This document shows, one piece after another, positions 34,958 through 49,049 of a DNA stretch of 64,000 bases (its first letter is position 1; each line of letters starts with the position of its first letter). The stretch is taken from the NCBI GenBank assembly GCA_013265495.1, contig MU058714.1:558001-622000 (forward strand), written 5' to 3'. The notes below the pieces were generated by a model. That model was not told the DNA's origin and ran no database searches. It saw only the letters and a list, made by a program, of their open reading frames with translations. The position numbers and the translations under genes are program-made. Origin of the DNA: Vicugna vicugna. Taxonomy: Eukaryota.

Positions 34958-37900
34958 TCATATCAGATCAGCAACTGAAAGTGAAGAAAGATAGACAGTA
35001 AGGAGCAATACAAACAAAATGAAAATGTGCAAGTTTAAACTACAGGTTCAGGAAAGACTCCCTAAAACAAAGCAGAAGGGAGAAAAATGGGGAGAGCCTC
35101 CAGCGGCCCGCGCTCGGAAGCGGCGAGCCCCCTCCAGGGCGGGCCGCCCCGCTCACCGTTCATGGGCATCTCGTCGATCTGGGTGGAGTAATACTGCTCA
35201 ATGTCCCTGAGGATGCGGATGTCGTCGTTCTTCACGAAGTTGATGGCCACACCCTTCCGGCCGTAGCGCCCTGAGCGCCCGATTCTGGGAGACACGAGAT
35301 AGAGACAGGTTGCGTCAGCGCACGGCAGGACACTGGGCAGCACGTGGGGCCAGAGCGTGGGGGTCGGGGAGGGCACGGGTGGGGGTGCTGGGCGTGGGGG
35401 CAGCACGCGGGGCCCGGCGGGCCGCATGCGCACCTGTGGATGTACAGCTCCCTGTTGTTGGGCAGGTCGTAGTTGATGATGAGCGACACCTGGGGCACGT
35501 CCAGCCCCCGCGCCCACACGTCCGTGGAAATGAGCACACGGCTGCAGAAGGAAAGGCATCTGAGACGGTCCCCACGGCACCAAGGGCAAGACGGCCGCTG
35601 GTGCGCCCGGCCCCTCCCCGGCCCCTCTGCAGCCCGGAGCATCAGGGACAGACTGGAAAGCGAGCCGTGTGGCCGGTGCATTTGGTACATGTATTTACTT
35701 GGGTCATGTGTGATTTAAAAAAAAAAAAAGGAAAAAAGGCATTTAGTCTATTACACTAAATCTGTTTAGAGCCCGTCCCATGCCAGTAACTGGAAAGGAC
35801 ATTTTACTTCTGCCCAGCAAAAAACTCAAGTACAACAGCCTCACTGATTTCCGTGCAGTGTTTATAGTGTCTTCAAATTAGAACTGCAACTCCCCACGCT
35901 CCCACCTCAGGAAACAAGAACAATCTCAGACCACCTCACCTTGCTCCTAAAGCAGCTGGAGGAAGAACAAACTCCAAAAGTTAATTAAAGAAAGAAAGAA
36001 ATCATAAAGATCAGAGCAGAATGAAATAGAGACAAAAACCCCCAGAAAAGATGAATGAAACTAAAAGCTGATTCCTTGAAAAGCTAAACAACATTGATAA
36101 ACCTTCAGCCAGACTCACGAAGAAAACAAGGGAGAGGGTCCAAATCAATAAAATCAGGAACGAGAGAGAAGCTACAGCTGACACTGCAGAAAGTCAAAGG
36201 ACCATGAGAGACTCTTACAGCAACCTAGAAGGAACGGACAACTTCTTAGAAAAGTACAACCTCCCAAGAATGAACCAGAAGAAACAGAAAATATGAACAG
36301 ACCAAGTGAAACTAAATCGGTAACTTAAAACCTGCCAACAAACAAAGTCCAGGACCAGACGGCTTCACAGGCGAATTCTACCAAACGTTTACAGAAGAGT
36401 TAACACCTATCCTTCTGAAACTATTCCAAAAGAGTGCAGAGGAAGGAACACTTCTGAAATCATTCTGTGAGGCCACCATCAATCATCCTGATACCAAAAC
36501 CAGACAAAAATATCACAAAAGAAGAAAATTACAGGCCCAAATCACTTATGAATGTAGATGCAAAAATCTTCAGCAAAACACTAGCAGGTTGACTCCAACA
36601 ATACACACACCACCATTAAAAGAAAAACAAAACCCAGCTATATGCTGCTGCCTGTGTGAAATCCACCTAAAGCTTGAGCCTACAAACCAGATGTGAAGGG
36701 AGGAAGCCGGCGTGGCCGCGCCAGACACAGCGGGACTCAGGACAGAGCATTAGGAGGTAAGGGCAGGCACATCCACAGGGACAGCCAAGTCCCCAGAAAT
36801 CCAGTCATTCTAACCTCGTATGCACGCAGTCTCAGGACACACAAAGCAAGAGCGGTCAGAACCCCCATGAGGAAAACCAGCACCCTCAACACTGATGAGA
36901 CAGAGTTAAGGAAAAAAGGCAAGGATGCAGAAGATCTGATCAACACCGCTTAGCAACTGAAATCCAAAAGGCACGGCCTGGCGCAGGGCGCCAGTGCTGC
37001 TCAGGGAACATCTATAAACTGACCCAGTGCCGGGCCACGGGCAAGTCTGAACATGCTGACAGGGTGAAATCACTCAAAGACTGCTCTTCAGCCACAGGGG
37101 GATTAAGCTAAAACCAATACAAAAAGAGAAGTAGAAAATCCCCATTTATTTGGAAACAGAGAAATACACTTCTAAATGCAGCAACCGACCTACCTAGTTA
37201 AGGCTAGGTCTCACCCCAGCCTAACCTGTCACACCAGGGGGGGGGCATCTGCTTGACGCCCTGAGCTCAGCTGCAGGGGGGGGGGGGGCGGCGGGGGGAG
37301 CCAGCGGCAGCGGCACCTGCGCAGAGCGTGCAGCTGGCCCACCTGGCACCCGACCGGAACTCCTTCATGATGGATTCCCGCTCCTTCTGGGGCATGTCCC
37401 CGTGCATGGACGACACGGTGAAGTTGGCTTCCCTCATCTTCTCTGTCAGCCAGTCAACCTACGGATCGAATCAGCACATGCTGCTGTGAACTCGTGAACC
37501 AAACCAGAGACTGTGCTCAGGAGATCACGTCAATTATTTGCAAAACCGATATGGGTACTCATAAAGCAAGTGCTCTCAACACTTAGACTAACCGTCTTAA
37601 GATTACTTACGAACTTACTTAATTTTACCCAGCAAATCTTGGGGCAAAAATTCTCAAAAAAAAAGACAGTATGTCACTGTTCTCATTTGAAAGTTAGATT
37701 CGAATCTTTTTTTAATGTGAGCCAACTCCTCTTCCTTTTCCAAGGAGAGCTGCCAGGGTTCTCAGCTCTGCCTGCCGTCAGCGTCACCTGGGAGCACAGA
37801 ACCCAGACCTGGGTCCCACCTGAACCAGTGACCCGGAGCCCTCAGTCGCGGGCCCAGATCAGTACTGCACACACTTTCCCAGGACATGGTCACTTGTCCA

Positions 37901-40900
37901 CCCATCGTCCATGGCAACTTTGAGCTCAAAGGCAGAGCCAAGCGGCCGCTGCAGAGAATGTGTACCCAGAGCCTGAAGTGCGCACTCCTAGGCCCCGACA
38001 GAAACCTGTCTTCGTTTTGGCCACAAGAACATTAGAGCTGGGATGGCCACGCACCTTCCTCTTGGTGTTACAGAAGATGACGGCCTGGGTGATGGTCAGC
38101 GTGTCATAGAGGTCACACAGGGTGTCGAACTTCCACTCCTCTCTCTCCACAGCAACAAAAAACTGCTTGATGCCTTCTAGAGTCAACTCATCACTGGAGG
38201 ACAAAGACAATCCTGTCAACTCCTTCCAACCCAGACGCGAGGGCGTGTGCAGCTCAGGAGCCTGGCCATGAAACCCCTGCCCCTCCCTCCTAGGAGGTGC
38301 CCCTCCCCTGCACGGGCCCAAGCTCTGGATCAGTCTGGACCTTTAACAATTACTCCACCTTGTATTCAGTTCTAAACAAAATGTTCAGCTCTTCAACAGT
38401 ATATTTTACTCCCAATGATAAATAATCTCAGTGGAAGTAAATACTAGGAGCAAATTTTAAAATCTGGAATTACTGGATCAAAGGAGAAAGTAGAAAAGCT
38501 GGCTTTTTGAAAGAGAGAATTAGAAAGAATTTCTGCATTTTTAAAACCCAAACACCACTGTGCTGGTTTCGCTCCCAGCTGTGAAGCGGGGCGTCCTCAC
38601 CGTTTCACCAAGATGCGGATGGGGTCAGTCATGAACTTGTTGGTCATCTCCAGGATCTCGTGCGGCAGCGTGGCGCTGATGAGCACCACCTGCGTGGCTG
38701 GGGGCAGGTACCTGTACACGTCGTAGATCTGCTCTTTGAAACCTGGGGTGAGGAAGGGGACACGCAGGGGCCTTTTTCTTTGAACCAGAAGTGGCACATC
38801 ACCTGTTCACACAGAACTAGCTGCAGCACTGGCTATAAGGTGCAAGATTTCACAAGGAACCTTCCTACAGAGGTGATCCAAATTCTCGCATTCCCCTCTC
38901 CTCTCCCTGGTGTGCTCTGGGGATCACAGCCCACCCAGGAGTCCTGGATGCCAATTGTTAGAAGCAAGAGATATCCTAGCCCTGAGTGGCCCACAACCTC
39001 GGACCCCTGCAGGTGGTCATGACTCAGTTCCAGCTGCTGCTGCCCTGTAAAGATTTGCATCCACTGTGGCCAGATCTGCCACATTTTAAGTAAATCCAGA
39101 GATTTGGATTTTTACCAAAAAATCTCTAATTAAAAACAAATCTCCCACAGATATCGAATCATTATGCTGGATGCCTGAAAATAATGTTACATGTCAACTA
39201 TACCTTAATTTAAAAACCTCCCAGTTAAATAATGCAACGAGTGTACATTATTTCATATGGTCCAGGCTGAATAAAACCCGCTGGCGAGCAGGACCTGGCA
39301 GGACAGGGTTAGAAGGTGAGTTGTGAGTGTGGGGCAGGTGGCCGGCTGCGAGGTCTGGACTGTAGATGGAGCCAGAAGCTGCGTTCTTACCAGGCTCCCA
39401 GCTGACACAGATACTCCTGGTCTGCAGGCCTTATTTGACAAGTGCTGCCGAAGGGACACGGGGAACCACTCGAGTGCTCTGTAGAAACCATGCCTTCAAC
39501 TTAGCTCGAGAGCAGGGCCTCGGGGTAAAGGGCCCAGACAGAGGTGGGCTGGAGGGCAGCTCCACAGGACAGCATTGCCCTCAAGTTCCTGACAGAACCA
39601 CCTGGGAAGAACCCCCAGGGTTACTGGTGACTCCTGGGAAGCAGGATACTCCCTTCACGCCAGGCGACCCCAGCGTCTACGGAGATGGCCCACTGACCCC
39701 CTGGTGTGTGGAGGTGAGACCGGAGGGGTGTGCAGGGAGGGGAGGCGGGAAGACACTGCTGGGCTCTGCCCACAGCTGTTTCACACGCAGAACGAGGTGA
39801 CAGCTGTCGCTACGCATTTCCCAGGTGCTGCCCTGAGAGCACAACTGCTATCACTTTCGGGTCCTCATACATTTTGGTAGAAATACATGAAAAGCCTAAA
39901 AACTACATCCCAATTCTAAACATTTACCTTAAAAAGTAACTGATAAGAGTAAAAACCACCTGGACAACCAACAAAACAACTTGTGAAATAAATCATGGAG
40001 CATCACAGCCCAGAAGCCCGCCCGCGCGAAGCCGCAGGCCCCTCCGCACGTCCCAGCCGCGCGCCTCGGCCACCCGTGCAGGGCCCCCCGCAGGAGCAGA
40101 GCCCCCCCGTCCGCCTGAAACGCTGCGGTTCTGGTTGTCATCAGGCTTACAACCCACCACCATGAAAAGATCAAAGTGTGAGTGTTATGTTCGTCAGCGC
40201 ATCCAAGGCACGACTCCTCTCCAACATGCTGCTGACGCGCTGCAGCCCGTTCCAGTTTTGCACTGAGAAGTTAAGAACTTACGTCAGGAGAAAGCTAATT
40301 CCTCTGCTACTCATACCTTTATTCAGCATTTCATCAGCCTCATCCAAAACCAACATCTTGATAGCACGTGTCCTCAAGCTTCTGCGGCGAATCATATCTG
40401 CAAAATTAGATTTTGAAGTAATTACACCACAAGCTTTGAGGAACCATTTCAACCGGTTTTCATAGCATTTCTGAGACCCTCCCTCCACTTCTTACAAGTT
40501 ACTCAAGTGCAAAAATCCGCCATGCAGCACATCAAACTGAAGACTGACCTGTGCGGTTTAAGCACTTCTCACAGATGCTACATGCAGCACACTCAGTATG
40601 GACAAAAGCAATTACCAAAGACGCGCCCGGGCGTGCCGGCGACGACGTGCTGGCCGTAGTCCAGCTTCCTGATGTCCTCCCCGACGTTGGTGCCCCCGAT
40701 GCAGGCGTGGCACTGGACGTTCATGTAGTCACCCAGAGCGAGCAGGCCCTGGACAAAACACAGGTCCATGTCCAAGGTCTGCCCCAAGACCACTACAAAG
40801 TCAGAGGCAGCCGTGTGTCCCCAAATGAAGATCATTTCGATTTCAATTTAAGATGACTGGCAGCTGTTACTTATGCCATTGTTTCTATCACAAGCCTGCA

Positions 40901-43900
40901 GAGCTCAAGCCTCCTGCCCCCACCTTCCTACACCAAATGAAATCAGTTTTACTGGTTTCTTATTACAAAGCCACATACATTAATTACAGAAAAATACATA
41001 TAATCCATAATCCTATCTACCCAGAGACAATATTAACATCCTAACATACACATCTCCAAATTGTTTAGACTGTAAGTACGAAATAGTTGCCATTATTTTT
41101 ATTAAGGTAACTTTTTTGTTGAAAAAATAACTTTTAACTCTAAGATTGCAAAAAACTACTAAAATAAAACAAGCAACACTAAAAATACAAACCAGCAACT
41201 CATATAATATGTGTTTTATGGCAAAATGTTAGGAATCAGGAAAACAAACTGACAGAACAGAGCAACAGGATTAGATTAAGTCAATCAGTTGGCTTGAAAA
41301 GGGGTCAGGGAGAGGTAGGGCAGGGGGGACGCCAGCTACCTACTCCAGACACACCCCTCAATCTGGCTCAGTCAGAAATCTGCTTAAACTTTACAGCCGG
41401 CCCTCCCCACCCTCGGATCCCAACTGTGGATCACGTAGTGCTGTAGTGTGCACTCATTTAAAAACAAAACCTGCATATAAGTGGATCCATGCAGTTGAAA
41501 CCCACATCGTTCAAGGGTCAGCCGTACTTGCAAAAACAACACTACTATCTTTAACTGTCTCACCTTCTGGATCTGCACCGCCAACTCTCTCGTTGGAGCC
41601 AAGATCAACGCCTGGGTTTCACGAACCTGGTATTTATCAGAAAACAGAGAATCTCAGTATTTTCAAGGTAGACAGCACTAGCTCAGACTCAGATCTACTT
41701 TGAATATTATCTCACGTTAACCACACATCTGATCTCAGATAAGCAAACCTGAATGCTACTTAAACCGCAAATCCAGCAATAATGGGGTATACTGGTCAGG
41801 ATTCTTGTTTGCAGACAAGAATTCCCACTAGTTAAAAGAATCTCCTGGTTTAAGTAAAAAGGAATTTATGACAGGATATTAGCTCAGATACTCATGTGCA
41901 ATTAAGATTCTTAAAAAATCTGTTGAGTCAGTACAACTAGAGATGCTCAAGAACTTGAAACCTGCAGTCACAGAGCCACAAGAAGCATGTCCTAAGATGA
42001 AAGAGGTGTAAAAGCATTAGATTACCTGAATGTCCAAACACTGGAGGACAGAAATACTGAAGGTGGCCGTTTTGCCTGTGCCAGACTGAGACCTAGTAAA
42101 GAAAACAGATAAACGGGACTTAGAATGAGGGGCTGCCGCCCTGCTCCTGCCCCAGCATTGCGGGCGGGCGGCGGGCAGAGCACCTGGGCAGCTTCCCCCA
42201 ACCCCCTCCCCACCATCTTATCTGCAAAGGGCTGGGACTGAGGCACAGTGTCACCATGTGATAATGTGATATGGATCATAAAGGTGGCCTTTGCATTAAG
42301 GGGTAATGGAGCTGCAGAATCTGTAACTTCAGTGGGTATTTATATATAATTTATATAATTCTTTTCTACGATTTCCAACTTATTTTTTTGTAAATGAGTC
42401 TAAAAATTAGGCCATGGTGGGAGGGATAAATTAGGAGTTTGGGATTAACACATACACATCACTATATATAAAAACAGATAAACAACCAGGACCTATTGTA
42501 TAGCACAAGAAACTATATTCAATTTTTTGTAATAAGTTATAATGGAAAAGAATCTTGAAAAAATACACATATATGTATGTATACGTATAACTTAACTGCT
42601 TTGCTGTACACCTGAAACTAACACTGTAAATTATAGACACTTCAATAAAAAATAAAACTTTTTTAAAAATTAGGTAAATCAGGAGTAAAGCTATTAAAAC
42701 AGTATTATACACAATTCCATATGCCAAATGATAGATAAGTAAAGCTGGCTAAAAAAAGAAAGTGTTTTAGAATTCAGGACACAAAAATAAAAACAAACAG
42801 CCAATGGCTGAAGTCAAGGCAAGCGCTGGCAGCGGTGAGGGACTGGAGAAGGCGGCCGTCCCACAGCCCGGGACTTTGCTGAACGTTGCTGTGCTAACTA
42901 GCATCTGACTTCCGCTCTGCGTGAACACTTACTGTGCGATGACATCTCTCCCTTTAATTATCTGCTTAATAGCTCGCTGCTGGATTGCTGATGGTTTTTC
43001 AAAACCTGTAAATTAAAACAAAAAACCGAGCTCTAACCACTAGGACAGCATGCTGACAACCATACACTGGAGCTCCTTGGGGCAAGGACGCCATCTTTTT
43101 AAAGTCCCCCACTGCTACCTAACCCAACATGCAACATACATTAAGCTCTCAAGAAACAGCTGCTGATGTGGAATCTAAAAAAAATGGCACAAATGAACTT
43201 ATTTACAAAATAGAAACAGACTCACAGACATAGAAAACAAACTTATGGTTACAGTGGCGGGAAGGCAGGGAGAGGGATAAATTGGGGGCTCAGGATTTGC
43301 AGATACTAACTACTATATATAAAATAGATAAATAACAAGGTGCTTCTGTATAAAACAGGGAACTATAGTCAATATCTTGTAATAACCTATAATGAAAAAG
43401 AATGTGAAAAGGAGTATGCATATATGCATAAATGAATCACTGCTTTACACCAGAAACTAACTCAACATTGTAAATCAACTACACTTCAATTAAAAAAAAA
43501 AAAAAAACAGCAGCTGAATGAAGTAGGCTGAAGGGGATTTTTATGCTAACATGTGACTTTATCCCTACAAAAATCTCTATAAAAGGAACATTGTTGCAAA
43601 ACATAGAAACCCTAGTTAGGTCAAAAAAATGTTAATGGTGGTTACCCCTGGAGAATGTCGTGAGGGAGGCTCATATTTTTCTCCAATTATTTCTGTACTG
43701 TTTGACTGTATTACAATAACCTGCACTGGGTTTGTTGTTGCTGAGGTTTTTTTCATTACTTTTTAAGTTAAAAGAAAGGAAAACAAACCCATCAGTGCTG
43801 TAGTCACCACTCCCTGTCAGCATTAAGTCTGCAGGTGGTTCCCCGACTTAATCTAGTGCTCTTGGTTATACTCCCTCCTGCCTTGATGCAGCTCCATGAA

Positions 43901-45524
43901 ACTACACCACCATCCCTCTATTTTCCAAGTAAACAAACAAAACTTTATGTACAAATAACATAATAGCAAATATAACGGATGATTTAAACCCCTCATGATG
44001 ACCCAGCACACGCATGGGAAACTAAAGAGTGTTTTAGGGCAAGGATGCCTTGGATGCTAAAAGGTAGGTAGAGCTGTCAGCCTCACTACAAGGCATCTCC
44101 CGTTCCCTCAGCACCTTCTCTTTGCTAAACTGTCTCGACATCAAGGACAGTTGGAGAAAAGATGACCCAGCCCCAGGCATTAAGCACTGATGCTGATCAC
44201 TCCCATCTGCGTCCCCAACCCCACCTCTTTCCAGGCTCCCAATTTAGACAGACGTCCTGACATCTCCAACTTGATGGCTCACAGGTCCCTCAAGTTCCCC
44301 GCCTGAGCAGAGGGCAGCATCACCCACTGGATTACTCACACACCTGGGAATCACATGAATCCTCTTTCCTCTGCTGCTCACATTCAACATGTCAGCAAAC
44401 CCTGTTAACACTCTATCTCCACCACAATACCATCGTCTCTCTTTTGGACTGGAGCAAAAACCTCCAAACATCTCCCTGCTTCCTCTCCTACCTCACCTCC
44501 CCCGCATATCCACGGGCACCCAGGACAACCTCTGTAACTGTAAATTGATCCTGTCACTTCCCTGATTAAAACTCTCCGAAGGCGCCCACTGCACTTAGAA
44601 ATGAAATTCAAACTCTTTATCACCCCACACTATGCTTTTCAAGATCTGGTCCTGCCTCCCTCACCAAACTCACCCCTGGGCTCCCAGGTCAGGCGGATTC
44701 TTTCCGTTCCTGGCTGGAATGCACCCAGCTCTGAGCTGCAAGGCCCTGGCACTAGCTGCTCCCTCTGCCCAGTTCTACCATAATCTTCTCATAATGGGCT
44801 CCTCAGCCCAGATCTAGGCTCAAATGTCACCCCTCCTGGAGCCCCCTTACCTATTTGCTCTCCTGTTCTAACTTTCTCCGCTCCCCCAGTTTCAATTATC
44901 CCGCTTTATTTTCTTTGAAACTATTACCACTGCCTAAAGCAATCTTGACTAAATATTATTTTTCCCCAAATATAAGCTCCCTAAGGGCAGGCATCTGGTT
45001 CACTGCCTAGCCCCCAGTGCCTAGAGCCACGAACGTCCCTAGCACCTAGCAGATACAACAAAGTTATCCTCTAAATCAATGACTCCGAAACGCAGGGAGG
45101 ACTCCGCGCCCTCTCGGGACTCAGCACGGCGCTCTGCCCGGAGGACAACACCCGAACCCGCCGACAGAGAGGCGGGGCGGGGATGCATGCTGGGGGCGGG
45201 GGTCGCCCGTCAGCGGCCCCACGACTCGGCGCCAACCAAAACGCAGGCCTTTGGAGCCTCCAGACCCCCATTCTCGGGACCCACCCCCGGACCGGGCTCC
45301 CGCCCTCCCTGAGGGCGCCCCCAGCCCGAGCGCCCCGAGGCCCGCGCCCACCGACCGTAAGCGTAGATGCCGCGCAGCAGGTCCTCCCGCAGGCCCATGG
45401 TGTCGAACGTGGGGGTCACGTCCACCTCCTCGCTGGTCTCGAATTCCACTTTGGTCATATCTTCCTCTTTGAGCAGCCGCTTCCGCGCCGAGCCCGAGGT
45501 CGCCATCGTGGCCGTAGCCGCCAT
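34958..45524 (-). CDS. EIF4A3: Eukaryotic initiation factor 4A-III (exon junction complex DEAD-box helicase), complete, 12 exons, 411 aa
   Basis: Exons 5'->3': 45524-45356, 43005-42933, 42092-42026, 41626-41564, 40748-40616, 40397-40317, 38742-38601, 38193-38055, 37458-37343, 35541-35434, 35284-35157, 34974-34958(TGA); total 1236 nt, all GT-AG. Motifs [49 protein letters not shown]. Confidence 0.99.
35905..37180 (+). mobile_element. LINE-1 ORF2 fragments in EIF4A3 intron 9, antisense to the gene
   Basis: A-rich, with gaaatcataaagatcagagcagaa, ccaggaccagacggcttcacaggcgaattctaccaaacgttt, ctgataccaaaaccagacaaa, gatgcaaaaatc; frames disrupted. Confidence 0.85.
42415..42660 (+). mobile_element. 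Artiodactyl-type LINE-1 3' end
   Basis: gggagggataaattaggagtttgggatt...gacctattgtatagcaca...ctttgctgtacacctgaaactaac...cttcaataaaa. Confidence 0.8.
43166..43507 (+). mobile_element. Artiodactyl-type LINE-1 3' end with poly(A) and target-site duplication
   Basis: tgtggaatctaaaa...aaatgaacttatttacaaaatagaaacagactcacagacatagaaaacaaacttatggtt... then poly(A); flanks aaacagctgctga / aaacagcagctga. Confidence 0.85.
44050..45065 (-). mobile_element. LINE-2 remnant; similar L2 pieces at about 15100-15720, 48200-49040 and 50270-50940
   Basis: ctcaaatgtcacc, taagctccctaagggcagg, cccagtgcctagagc are typical L2 3' motifs. Confidence 0.55.
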
Positions 45525-46300
45525 GATCCCGAGCGGGCCGACAACCGAACGCGCGCCGCAGAGGAAAGCGGAAGTAGGGCCCGCGCCGCTGCCGCCGCCA
45601 GGAAATGACGCCATCACGCGCGCGCCCGTGCGTACGAGCGTGCGCCGAAGCCACGCCTCGGAGGGGGCGGGGACTCCTGGTCACGTGAGAGGGAGAGGGC
45701 GCTTGCCTCCGGGAGAAAGGCGGGGCTCCGCGGGATGTGGCGGGGCCCCGCCCACACCCGGAGAAGGTGCGGAGGCGGCGGGGTGCGGGGTGGTCTCCCG
45801 GGTGGGCTCTCGGGCGGAGGCCGTGCCCCCCCGGGATACCGGGCTCTCTGCGCGGGACGGTAGACCCGGAGCACCTGCAGACGGGCTGCGCCGTGCGGGG
45901 TCTGCAGGCGGCCCTGCCTCTAGTGGGCACCTGGGCGCAGGTCCCCACCTGCGCCCTTTCCGCCGCGTGTACCCGAGCGCGCCGGGGAGACGCGTTACTC
46001 CTCGTCAGTACTGCCGCTGGGTGGGAGTCCTCACTGCATATGTCCACTTTGGGGGAGTCTGGCGTCTTTAACTGCCTGCTTGTCAACTCCCTAGGCCGGT
46101 TTTTAACCCCGTCATGGAAAAGCCCTTACCCGGGGTCGAGCGTGTCGGACAGTGGGGGTCCTGCGACGTCCCCGAGCACCAGGGCCCCCAGGACTGGCCG
46201 CAGGACCTTGGGCCGAGCGCTTGCTGGACTGTACGTACCGCTGTTCATCAGGGCCCCAGATTGCGCGCGTCTGGTGGAGGCGCTGATACACCCCGCCCTG
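45080..46300 (-). promoter_or_regulatory. EIF4A3: EIF4A3 CpG-island promoter
   Basis: CpG-dense. ETS site GCGGAAGT (45568-45575), CRE-like TGACGCCA (about 45606), GC boxes, E-box GTCACGTGA (45680-45688). Confidence 0.85.
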
Positions 46301-49049
46301 CAAAAACAATGAGGGATGGCTTTTGGTTTTCCTGTGGAATATTAACCAAAACCCGGCTCCTCAAAACAGGCTTGAACCAGCTTCACCGCCTGACACGCGT
46401 TCCTCTGTGTTGAGTGAGAATTGTGGTTTTAACTTTGTGAAACTTCGACTTGCCGAGTGCCACCTCTGTTCTTTCTCATTGTTTGCTTGGGTCGCATCAC
46501 TGGGCGTATCTTTACCCCACAGCCACTTTCTAGGAGTTCCTGAGTGCTCTCTTGTTGTGAGGGTTAACTTAGTGAAAACTGGGTAATCGTTTTATCCTCT
46601 GGACCAGGCTTGCTGGAGTGCAGTCCTTTGCAGTATGTCGACAGCAAACAAGTAAAGGGAGCCTTACTTGTTGGGAAGGTCCTGCCCTGACGTCGGAGCA
46701 CGTCCACATCTTACAAGACAATTGACCTGATAAACATGCCTGACAAGGAAGCCGGTATTAGTCTTCCTTGAGATTTGTCTAATCTGGTGGCATGACCCCC
46801 TCCCTGCCCCCAAATACAGACAGTGTGGGAAGGGAGACTGGAGAGACCGCGGGCGAGGGCGCTGCACACAACAGAAGGGGCGGGTCCATGTGAGTGACCA
46901 GGAGGCCTCTTTGGGATGCTAGGGAGTGCACCTGCAGTCTTCCGGGAGCTGGGAGCCAGAAGTGGGGACAACAGGTCGTAGAGAGCCATCTTTTTATTAT
47001 GCAGGAGAGAGGGCTCAGGGTAATCGCAACCAGGATAAGAGCTGGTCTCAGGAAAAGACATGGTGCCGGTTCTCACAAGGCCTGTATGATGTGATCCAAA
47101 GAAAATGTTACTAAGAAAAGTCATAAGGAAGAGAAGACACACTGTCCTATACTGTATTTGTAATCCCCCAAGTTTACATCGTCGTTTACAAGATGAATTG
47201 TCCGTCTGTCAGCACCCAAGTCAGTGTTGGCGTACGTGACACAAAACACTGTAGATGTTACCTGCATAGTGCAAACCACTGTTTGTCAAGAGTTAACTAT
47301 TCTTACAAAGCGAGAATCAGCAGCCCAGCTCAGCTGTCGGTGACGGTTCTACTCCTGAAACATCCAGATTGGCATTTCAATCCTTTTCAGAAACATCAGT
47401 TACAGTTCCAACTCGGGGTGCAAACAAATCTCTTGTCTTAACCATTTTACTGCTGGGAAAAGTCAGGCCCAGCCTGCTAAGCTAAGGTGACCTCCAGCGC
47501 AGCAGCGGGTAGGGGCTACCATGTTCTGAATACCCGAAAAATTGTGACTTACGACGCCTGAGCCCTTTGTCCCAAGGCCCTGCGTCACCCAGGTGGACCC
47601 ACCTGTTATGTTCAGGCGCAGCCCTCTCTGTCCCCTGCACCTCACTTCCCACACTCCATCTTTGGGGGAGGGAGGTATCTCACCTGATGGGACTAATCTC
47701 AAGCAGGGCAGGCCCAGTCTGTGCTGTCCCCACTGCTGTCCGGCACACAGTGGTGCCTGATGCCCAGGGCAAGAGGACAGGAGGAGCACCGGAACTCTCC
47801 AGACTCCCAGGGGAGACGTGGACAGACGGGGACAGCTCAGCGGGCTGCACCTCAGGGGCCAACCTGCCTCTTCCCTGTGCCCCGGTTGGACTTGGAGTGT
47901 AGACGGTCAAGGCAGCTCGCGCTGTCCAGGATGGGAAGGGCTTTGGGTGTAGTGCTGCTGGGCTGGGCTGCGTTTCCGTGAGTCATCACCACAAGAGTTG
48001 ATGTCCTGGGTCCTAGGGGCTGTCCCCGAAGAGCGACTTCCTGCCAGAAACCCCACCTATCTGGTATTAAATGGCAAACACTGTTCCTTTGTAGACATGG
48101 CCCTGTCTAACCCCAACCTGTCTAACCTGTCTAACCGCGGGGGCACCTTGCTACCACCACCTGGTCCCACCCAGCCAGGCCCGGGGCTTCACACTCCTGG
48201 CATCTGACATTCCAGGGCCAGATGTGCCTGGAGCATCTCACTGGAGCAGACGCTCTTCCAGGGGCTGGACAGGGCGGTGAACAGGACGGACAGCGCTGCC
48301 CTCGGAGCTTGTGTTCCAGTGGAGGGCAGTAAGGTAATTACAGGTTTTGTAATTACTGTGATTCAAACAAAATGAGGTTAAGTGACAGAGTTAGTGGGTT
48401 GCTGATTTACCAGGTGACTGGAAGAAGGTGCCACGTGAATTGTGAGAAGAGGTGGCTACGGTCACGCCCCACTTTCCAGGAAGGAGGGACGGGGTGTGCG
48501 GAGGGCCCCAGGTGGACAGGAGATTGACACAATCCAGGGACAGAAGGCCAGCGTGGTTGTAGCATCGACAATGTGGGCAAGAGAGGGAGTAGGAGAAGGG
48601 GTGAGCAGGGCTGTATCATGAAAGTTCTTACAGTCTATGAAGTGGAGTTTAAATGCGTCATGGTTGCCAATAGGAGCCACTTCAGGGTGGTCTTTCTTTG
48701 CGGGGAGAGGAATGCGTTCTCACAGTTTGGAAAGATGATCTGGCTTGTCATTTCTCACCCTTTTGGCTAAGATCGAGTGACCTGGCTGCAGCAAGAGGTT
48801 GAGAGATTGGAATGAAGGGGCCAGAGAGGGTCTGGAGAGGTAGTGGCAGCCGTTGGAGCTGATGCAGTGGAGACGGTGCAAGGAGGGCTCAGGACATATT
48901 TGAAACAGGGCTGATGTATGGCGTAGAGGGGGCTGTTAGGGCTTAAAGGATGAAGATTGGCTCCTGGGTTTCCAGTGTGAGCATCTGGGTGGCACCATCA
49001 TGAGATGGGGAAGCCGTAGGGCAGCAGCGTTGTGGTGATTTGGGGGCAA

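Noticed and set aside
35905..37180. Active LINE-1 or novel reverse transcriptase gene
   Set aside because: Short, frameshifted ORF2 fragments with no long open frame
45121..46312. Long ORFs over the EIF4A3 promoter (up to 321 aa)
   Set aside because: Same CpG-island effect; only 45524-45356 is supported as coding
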